A stretch of DNA of 32,000 bases from Candidatus Heimdallarchaeota archaeon (lineage in GTDB: Archaea; Asgardarchaeota; Heimdallarchaeia; Heimdallarchaeales; Heimdallarchaeaceae). Positions within the stretch are counted from its first letter, which is position 1. The number at the start of each line of letters is the position of its first letter. The position numbers and the translations under genes were made by a program. The notes beneath the pieces were generated by a model. It was given only the letters and a program-made list of their open reading frames with translations. It was not told the origin of the DNA and did no database searches. This document shows positions 26,100-32,000 of the stretch, one piece after another. The stretch is taken from positions 30,001-62,000 of the forward strand of contig DAOVER010000011.1 of assembly GCA_030668875.1 (NCBI GenBank), given 5' to 3'.

Positions 26100-27740
26100 C
26101 TATCTAACACCCCCTAAAAATTCATTTACTTCATTCGAATTTACGAAATGTGGTAATTTCATTTGGAATTGTTCTTCCATCTTTTGTATGAAACGAACAA
26201 TTTGATTTGGAATTAAGTCAGTCTTATTTTCTATTTTATATAGAACTTCTCTTGGTTCACCATCTAGACATATTTTACCATCTTGAATGACAATTAATCT
26301 GTCAAGATCAACAAAAATCCTAGGGTCATTGGAAGCTATAATGACTGTCTTATTTCTAGATGTTGCTCTGTTAATGAGATTAGAAAGAACCTTTCTTCCC
26401 CGTTTATCTAAACCTATGGTTGGTTCATCTATTAGGATTATATCATCAGAGAATTGGAAAGCGTTTATAATAGCAAACAACCTTCTTTCTCCTTCACTTA
26501 AATGATACAGTTTCTTATTCATAAGGTGAGTTAATGCTGTTTCCTTATACAATGAGTGAATTGTTCTAGGTTCTTTGATAACCCGAGATAAATCAAGGAA
26601 AGGCGTTGGACCAATCAAAAACAGTTTGGCATTTTCAGGAACTAAAATCACGTGATTTTTACTTTTCCTTATGCTTTTAACTCTTGAATTATTAAGATAA
26701 ATCTCACCACTTGCAGTTTTATTAATTCCTGAAATGACTTTTAGAAGAGTAGATTTTCCACTACCATTAATACCCATTAATCCAATAGACTGACCTGCAT
26801 AAAGAGATAAATCTATATCTTTCAGAACCATATCAGTTTTGGAATTATATCGAAAACTAATGTTGTTTAGTTTAACTGAAACATCATTTTCATCATCTAC
26901 AATCTTCAGGTCGTTAAGTTTGTATTGCCTATCAGGTAAGTTTGTAAAAAAAGTTCCGCATTTATCAACTGCTTCATTAACTGTTAGTATTTGTTCTTTT
27001 GATGAACATTCGAGCGTATATATTTCTGGAGGATCAATGTTCTTCAATAAATCTACTGTTTTTTTTGGTAGTCCATCTGAAATTATTTTACCTTCATCTA
27101 ATATGATAAGCCTATCAGCTTTTTGTAATATGTAATCTAATCGGTGTTCAAAAGCTATAACTAAGTGACCTTTGTCTGCAATATCTCTTAATAGCTCAGT
27201 TAACATAACTTCAGAGTTTGAATCAATTCTTGCGATAGGTTCATCGAGTATTATCAGGGGGGCTTCTGTTATAATTGCAACAGCCAAAGCCACTCTTTGT
27301 AATTCTCCAGAACTTAATTCAGTGATCAATCGTTTTTTCAGGTGTTTTATCTTTAATAAATCAAGAATATAATCAAGCTTCATTTTAATTTCATTTGCTT
27401 CAATTGCAAGATTTTCCAAAACAAATGCAATCTCCTCTTCAACCAATAACGATGTTGTGAAATCACTAGGATACTGAGGTACATATCCTAACAGTTTAAT
27501 CAGTTTTTTTCTTTCCAAACCAAATATGGATTCATTGTTGTATTCAATTACACCTTCTATATCTGCTTTGATGAAATTAGGTATTAAACTCATCAAAACT
27601 TTTGCTAGAGTGCTTTTTCCACTCCCACTCGGTCCGGCAATTACAATGAACTCACCAGCTTTTGCTTTAATATTTACAGAATTAAGAGCCTGTCTTTTCT
27701 CTGTTTCATATTTAACTGATAAATCCCTTATATGGAGCAT
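26100..27740 (-). CDS. ecfA: ECF transporter fused double ATPase (A-A')
   Basis: Two NBDs: GPSGSGKST/LSSGELQR/LDEP/EHRL and GINGSGKST/LSEGERR/IDEPT/SND. Confidence 0.9.
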   Translation of the reverse strand: MLHIRDLSVKYETEKRQALNSVNIKAKAGEFIVIAGPSGSGKSTLAKVLMSLIPNFIKADIEGVIEYNNESIFGLERKKLIKLLGYVPQYPSDFTTSLLVEEEIAFVLENLAIEANEIKMKLDYILDLLKIKHLKKRLITELSSGELQRVALAVAIITEAPLIILDEPIARIDSNSEVMLTELLRDIADKGHLVIAFEHRLDYILQKADRLIILDEGKIISDGLPKKTVDLLKNIDPPEIYTLECSSKEQILTVNEAVDKCGTFFTNLPDRQYKLNDLKIVDDENDVSVKLNNISFRYNSKTDMVLKDIDLSLYAGQSIGLMGINGSGKSTLLKVISGINKTASGEIYLNNSRVKSIRKSKNHVILVPENAKLFLIGPTPFLDLSRVIKEPRTIHSLYKETALTHLMNKKLYHLSEGERRLFAIINAFQFSDDIILIDEPTIGLDKRGRKVLSNLINRATSRNKTVIIASNDPRIFVDLDRLIVIQDGKICLDGEPREVLYKIENKTDLIPNQIVRFIQKMEEQFQMKLPHFVNSNEVNEFLGGVR

Positions 27741-27772
27741 TTTAATCCTCAGTAATTAGTAAATTTTGAAAT

Positions 27773-28621
27773 TTAACATAATATTTCTTTTTGTTCTTTT
27801 TCCTCTGTAGTAATTTCATCATTAATAATATCTGAGTGAATTACACCTAATTCTCGTAAATAAGATACTATAGGAATTGCAATTGCAGCACCAAATATGA
27901 CTTGTGCAATATTGAAAGGAATTTCAAGAGCAACTAAAGTAGCATCATAACTGAGAATATAAATTTCATATAGATAGTAGCCAATTACAATAATAATTCC
28001 ACCTATACTGCATGAAAGAGCCATTTCCCCTTTTTCTTTGAGCAGGATAAGTACAAGTATAATTAGAGCACTGAGAATAACAGAAATGATCAAAAATACA
28101 TATCCTGGAATGTCAACTGAAAATTCTCCAGCTCCGTAAAATGAAAGACCAACATTAAAAGTTTGATTAGTTAGAAATGCAGAAAAACCAATTAGGAATG
28201 AGCATATGATTCCTATAAACACGTATTTTAGCCAACCATACACTCTTCTGCTATAATGGAATAAAAGCCCGACAACAAAACCTTCAGCTGCCTTCAATAT
28301 TGCTGTTGCTGGTGCAAAATGACCAAAACCTAAAGCTAAATCTGCCATTGATGCACCTAATCCACCTGCAATTGCTCCAGTTATTGGACCACCAATTAAA
28401 GCTGCTAAGTAAACGAAAGCCTCTCCTATGTTAAAGAAACCATTTGAAGCTGGAATATAAATGAAGAATATTGATGTTGATAGAAACACTAAAGCTGTAA
28501 AAGATACAATTAACGCAATCCCACGTATAGAAGAGACTTCTTTTAGAATTTTATTTTTCAATAAATTTTCTTGATCTGATAGATTTGTTTCTCGACTTAA
28601 GTTATCTTTATCTGTACTCAT
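27773..28621 (-). CDS. ECF transporter substrate-specific S component (enlarged)
   Basis: IYIPASNGFFNIGEAFVYLAALIGGPITGAIAGGLGASMADL..LKAAEG; C-terminal EIPFNIAQVIFG. GGTGA SD. Confidence 0.85.
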   Translation of the reverse strand: MSTDKDNLSRETNLSDQENLLKNKILKEVSSIRGIALIVSFTALVFLSTSIFFIYIPASNGFFNIGEAFVYLAALIGGPITGAIAGGLGASMADLALGFGHFAPATAILKAAEGFVVGLLFHYSRRVYGWLKYVFIGIICSFLIGFSAFLTNQTFNVGLSFYGAGEFSVDIPGYVFLIISVILSALIILVLILLKEKGEMALSCSIGGIIIVIGYYLYEIYILSYDATLVALEIPFNIAQVIFGAAIAIPIVSYLRELGVIHSDIINDEITTEEKEQKEILC

Positions 28622-28640
28622 ATTCTCACCAACAAAAAGA

Positions 28641-28662
28641 TATTCAAGTTACAACTTGTATA
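28641..28662. promoter_or_regulatory. Palindromic operator candidate of the ECF operon
   Basis: tattcaagtt-ac-aacttgtata (9/10 arm pairs), between a minus-strand TATA (28664-28673, ttttatatta) and the SD/ATG at 28621. Confidence 0.55.
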
Positions 28663-28824
28663 GTAATATAAAATCTTTTAGGTGGATATCTGAAGCAAGG
28701 AAGGAAGATGAGTAACCATTTATTTTTCAATTGAAGTTTCATCTTTTCAAAATATATCAATCCTACTTTAATTTTTTAAAGGATAACCTATTCATATATC
28801 TGAAAAAAAAGGAAATTGATTATT

Positions 28825-29184
28825 ATGAAAAATAAGAAATTACTAACTGGCATAAGTTTTCTAGCTCTACTAGTTTTAGCTACACAGCTTTCAATGATTG
28901 GATATGCTGATGAGACAGTAATTGTAAGAGATTTCGACAGAGATCGAGACCAATATCAAGATGGTACATGTGAAGATCCAAATGAAAATAATTACAATAG
29001 TACAATTGTTCCCCCCGAAACAAATAACGGAAATGATACATGTATCCCCCCTGGAGATGGAGATCAGATAAGAGAAAGAGATCGTATTAGAGATCAAATT
29101 CAAGATGGAACATGTAATTGTACTTGTATTTGTGAACAAGATGGAATTCAAGAACAACTTCAATTACAAGATGGAAATTGCTAA
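28825..29184 (+). CDS. Small secreted/membrane-anchored protein with QDGxC repeats, Cys-rich
   Basis: Signal-like MKNKKLLTGISFLALLVLATQLSMIGYA; RDFDRDRDQYQDGTC, RERDRIRDQIQDGTCNCTCIC, QEQLQLQDGNC. Confidence 0.75.
   Translation: MKNKKLLTGISFLALLVLATQLSMIGYADETVIVRDFDRDRDQYQDGTCEDPNENNYNSTIVPPETNNGNDTCIPPGDGDQIRERDRIRDQIQDGTCNCTCICEQDGIQEQLQLQDGNC
28957..29181 (+). repeat. Intragenic coding repeat (caagatgg x4, encoding QDG)
   Basis: caagatgg at 28957, 29101, 29137 and 29167, all in frame. Confidence 0.7.
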
Positions 29185-29202
29185 CTGTAGACAAATAATC
29201 CA

Positions 29203-29227
29203 ACTATTTTTTTTCTTTTTTAATTTT
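29203..29227 (+). terminator. T-tract putative terminator
   Basis: ctattttttttctttttttaatttt-like run after the stop at 29184. Confidence 0.5.
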
Positions 29228-29232
29228 AGAAA

Positions 29233-30576
29233 TCAGAGATAATCTATCAAGTTTCTCATGTTATCCAAAGTTTCCAGGCCTTTTGTTGTCAGTTCATAGT
29301 GTTTTCTTGTAACTTCCATCTCACTAGGTACAATCATTCCTTTTTCTTCTAATTCTGTTAAATGCTGATAAATTGATTGAAGAGATTGATTTTTACCTAA
29401 AGAAATCCAAATTGAATAACCATAATCAGCTTTCTTTCCAGCAATGAGATTGAGGATTTCAAACTTTGTAGTAGAGCTTTCTGATAATCCCCAAACAACT
29501 TTCTTCTTTCCTCTTAATCTAGCTGCGTAAACGTTAAGTGTACTTAATCCAGAACCAGACAGGATAGCAACACTAGATTTTGAATCTATTATTCCTTCTT
29601 GAATGAGATTTTTAGCAGCAACTAATACTGATGCTGAGGCTGGTTCAATAAACAGTCCTTCATTTTTAGCTAAAATTAAAGCTTCATCTAACATAGACTC
29701 GGCGTCGATTTCTATTTCATTCCCATTTGTTTTTTGAATTATCTTTTTCACTTCTTCCAGAAGAAATACCTTTGTAATCTCTAATGATTCTGCTAAATGA
29801 GCTACTTTTGTTTTTTCTAATGAAACAGCATAAATCTTTGGATATTCTTCAATCCATCCTGAGGCAATAGCATCTTCTAAACCTCGAAAAATGGAATAGA
29901 TTAAAGATCCTGACCCTCTTGGCACTATTATGCTGTCTATAGTGTCTTTCTGTAAAACTATTTCTAGACCAATTGTTTTCTGACCTTCAATAGTTAGAAG
30001 ATTATTATCTGGAGATGCGTGATATACTTTGTTATCTTGTGCTAGTGTGGAAGAATATTCAATTGCTTCGTCAACTGATTCACCTTTTTCAATAATCTGA
30101 CTGCCATATATTTTGATTTGTTCAATTTTGGAAAGTTCAAGATTTTGTGGGATAACACTTATAGAATCGATTTTAGCTTTTGCAGCATAAGCTGCTAAAC
30201 TAATACTAAAAGCCCCAGTACTTGCACCAACAATAGTTTGTGATTTGTTTTGATATGCATCTGAAACTAATAAAGAACTTGCTCTATCTCGAAAAGAACC
30301 AGTAGGATTCCTGAAATCGAGTTTCAAGCTTAAATCTTGATAATCAGCTATGTTCTTGACAGGCAATAGTGGAGTATTGCCCTCAAAAAGTGAAATTGGT
30401 TTGGAAAAATCAGGAAGAAAAGAATGTAAAGACCACATTGAGGATAGTTTGACATCACTAAATGATGGTCCACTAATTGGAGGAATGGCAACTAACCCTT
30501 TGCAGTTTGAACACCTTAGTTGTGGACCTTTGAAAGTTTTTCTACAATCATTACAAGTCGGTTGATTCTTCCACAT
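29233..30576 (-). CDS. Threonine-synthase-like (fold-type II PLP) protein with N-terminal Zn ribbon, PLP Lys replaced by Arg, fused to a C-terminal PadR-like winged helix
   Basis: CNDC/CSNC; SLFEGNTPL, NPTGSFRDR (normally SFKDR), ASTGA (normally ASTGN), EGQKT, VPRGSG, EPASA; tail KFEILNLI...YGYSIW...LQSIYQHLTELEEKGMI...RKHYELTTKG. Confidence 0.85.
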   Translation of the reverse strand: MWKNQPTCNDCRKTFKGPQLRCSNCKGLVAIPPISGPSFSDVKLSSMWSLHSFLPDFSKPISLFEGNTPLLPVKNIADYQDLSLKLDFRNPTGSFRDRASSLLVSDAYQNKSQTIVGASTGAFSISLAAYAAKAKIDSISVIPQNLELSKIEQIKIYGSQIIEKGESVDEAIEYSSTLAQDNKVYHASPDNNLLTIEGQKTIGLEIVLQKDTIDSIIVPRGSGSLIYSIFRGLEDAIASGWIEEYPKIYAVSLEKTKVAHLAESLEITKVFLLEEVKKIIQKTNGNEIEIDAESMLDEALILAKNEGLFIEPASASVLVAAKNLIQEGIIDSKSSVAILSGSGLSTLNVYAARLRGKKKVVWGLSESSTTKFEILNLIAGKKADYGYSIWISLGKNQSLQSIYQHLTELEEKGMIVPSEMEVTRKHYELTTKGLETLDNMRNLIDYL

Positions 30577-30615
30577 TATTACCAACGATTAGCACGATAA
30601 AATATAATGTTATTG

Positions 30616-30813
30616 CTATACAGACAGTGCCATAGGTTCCTCATTTTTATCAATTTCAATATCGCAAGAACATAATTCATCCATAACTTCTTCAATTTGG
30701 AAGGAAAGAGGATCCTTGAATTCAAGAAAGTAATTCATATTCTGTTTTGATAAGAAATCAACCAGCTTAACCAACAATTGCTTTTCTTTTGGAGATTGAA
30801 CAACTATCCGCAT
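30616..30813 (-). CDS. Small hypothetical protein
   Basis: 65-aa ATG ORF filling the gap, co-oriented with the ThrC-like gene, protein-like composition. Confidence 0.55.
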   Translation of the reverse strand: MRIVVQSPKEKQLLVKLVDFLSKQNMNYFLEFKDPLSFQIEEVMDELCSCDIEIDKNEEPMALSV

Positions 30814-30830
30814 GAAATAACAGTTTCATG
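30811..30830. promoter_or_regulatory. Palindrome CATGAAA-N6-TTTCATG over the start of the small ORF
   Basis: catgaaa-taacag-tttcatg, perfect 7-bp arms. Confidence 0.45.
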
Positions 30831-30886
30831 AATATACAAAAAGATTACCGAAGAGCATATTGCCATTTACTTCACACTTATTAACC

Positions 30887-31354
30887 ATGAAGAAGAAACA
30901 ATCATCGATGATTCAAGCTATTTACATTATCTCAAGAAATGGTGTTCCTATTCACTTCAAGGAACTTCTGGAAGAAGAAGATAATGTAACTAAAGCTACA
31001 CTATTTACAGGAATTATATCAGCAATTCAAACTGTTTTAAGAGAGATTGATGCAGGTGATGCGAATTACTTCACAACAGCAACTCATGAAATCTTTCTTG
31101 AAGTAACAAATGATTTTGCAGTTGCTCTTGTCACAGAAGTTGATGAAGACTCTGATAAACAGTCAATGAATACTTTGATGTCAGAAATTATAACAGAAAT
31201 AACTTTTCAATTTGAAGAAATACCCGAGATTGGTTTCTTAATTCAGGAAGATCAAAGTAAAATTGAGGGAATTGTTGATAGAAATTTAGCTAAATGGGAG
31301 AGCAGAAAAGAAGAGGGAAGTGCAACAAAGAAATTAAAAGATGCCTTATGGTGA
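30887..31354 (+). CDS. Longin-like domain protein (Asgard type)
   Basis: MIQAIYIISRNGVPIHF...LFTGIISAIQTVLREI...HEIFLEVTNDFAVALVT pattern. Start is ATG 30887 or 30908. Confidence 0.75.
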   Translation: MKKKQSSMIQAIYIISRNGVPIHFKELLEEEDNVTKATLFTGIISAIQTVLREIDAGDANYFTTATHEIFLEVTNDFAVALVTEVDEDSDKQSMNTLMSEIITEITFQFEEIPEIGFLIQEDQSKIEGIVDRNLAKWESRKEEGSATKKLKDALW

Positions 31355-31358
31355 TAAT

Positions 31359-32000
31359 ATGTTTGAACAGAATGGAATTCCAGTTTTAGCCTTGATAATT
31401 GAACCACTAGTTGCAGTAGGTATGCTAATACTAGCAGTAAGTGGTTTTATGAAATATAGAGAGAAAAAGAGACAACCAACATTATTCCTCACTCTTAGCT
31501 TTGTTTTCTACGCATTAGCAATTGCAAGTAGTGGAATAGGAAAATGGTTACAGTTCTTTGTAAATGTACCTTCAGAGGATATATTCTTCGCAGATGGAAC
31601 TATTCTAATAGCATATTGTTTGACTGCAATAGCAACAGTTTTTCTTATGATATTTGTGGATTTAGTATTCTTAGAAGTAGGACCCTGGTTTGTTGCTTTA
31701 GTTGGCATAATAAATGGTATCACAGTAGGAATGATGATCACTAAATTAAACTTCTCAAGTGAAGCTTATGATGAAGCACTAAATATTGTTATATTTCATG
31801 CACTAGTCACACTAGCTTTGGTTTTACTTCTAGCTATTTTATCTTTTAGAGAAGCTCAACAGAATAAAGAGAGATTACCTAAAATGGGCTTTACATTCAT
31901 AGGACTCTATGGTTTATTCGTGAGCATGGTATTTGTGCTATTTGCAGTGGATATTGCCTTAGGAGGCGGATATTCAGCGTTTTATTATCTTGCATGGGTA
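31359..32000 (+). CDS. Multi-pass (probably 7TM) membrane protein, 3' truncated, absent from the ORF track
   Basis: ATG 31359 after a GGTGA SD overlapping the longin stop. Open to the window end (214 codons): MFEQNGIPVLALIIEPLVAVGMLILAVSGFMKYREKKRQPTLFLTLSFVFYALAIASSGIGKWL...; six hydrophobic helices plus the start of a seventh. Confidence 0.85.
   Translation, partial: MFEQNGIPVLALIIEPLVAVGMLILAVSGFMKYREKKRQPTLFLTLSFVFYALAIASSGIGKWLQFFVNVPSEDIFFADGTILIAYCLTAIATVFLMIFVDLVFLEVGPWFVALVGIINGITVGMMITKLNFSSEAYDEALNIVIFHALVTLALVLLLAILSFREAQQNKERLPKMGFTFIGLYGLFVSMVFVLFAVDIALGGGYSAFYYLAWV

Noticed and set aside
28727-28736. Short palindrome ttcaattgaa and similar AT-only inverted repeats
   Set aside because: Low complexity; expected by chance at this base composition.
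28957-29181. caagatgg repeats as a CRISPR or mini-array
   Set aside because: Only 8 bp, irregular spacing, in frame within a CDS, and no cas genes.
29233-30576. Calling this gene thrC, or a pseudogene
   Set aside because: The catalytic Lys is missing, so thrC is unsupported. The frame is intact, with conserved scaffold motifs and a fused domain, so decay is also unsupported.
7563-31744. Remaining short track ORFs nested in or antisense to long genes (e.g. 7563, 9411, 11103, 14883, 16386, 17556, 19700, 20378, 20475, 21525, 23457, 24331, 24805, 25639, 26287, 26839, 27172, 27526, 28891, 30350, 31508, 31544)
   Set aside because: All lie within or largely overlap well-supported CDSs and show no motifs; expected shadow frames.
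1-32000. tRNA, rRNA, IS/transposase, integrase, prophage or CRISPR features
   Set aside because: Intergenic gaps are short and AT-rich with no GC-rich structured segments, and no ORF carries mobile-element motifs. A tRNAscan-SE or Infernal run would be the definitive check.

Overview
AT-rich archaeal chromosomal window, most likely from an Asgard archaeon (inference from a two-domain gelsolin, a stand-alone longin-like gene, several CxxC zinc-ribbon tails, GGTGA Shine-Dalgarno sites, TATA boxes and T-tract terminators). It holds about 31 densely packed CDSs. In order: truncated ilvE, a MazG-like pyrophosphatase, two hypotheticals, a gelsolin, a winged-helix/Zn-ribbon + CorA-like gene pair, a LolD-FtsX-LolD ABC module and two phosphatases. 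Then a divergent membrane protein / TrmB regulator pair with tandem palindromes between them, a ferredoxin-nitroreductase, an SDR, a CoA-disulfide reductase-rhodanese, and a complete group 3b [NiFe] sulfhydrogenase operon with its maturation protease. Finally a GPH-family MFS transporter, an ECF transporter (S, A-A', T), a small secreted QDGxC-repeat protein, a threonine-synthase-like protein with Arg in place of the PLP lysine fused to a PadR-like winged helix, a longin-like protein and a truncated multi-TM protein missing from the ORF track. I saw no RNA genes, CRISPR arrays or mobile elements. Best leads: (1) the ThrC pseudoenzyme-PadR fusion with a candidate operator; (2) the TrmB regulator with two TGM-like operators and its divergent membrane target; (3) the wHTH + CorA-like two-gene module. 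All family calls come from motif recognition by eye; no database search was run.
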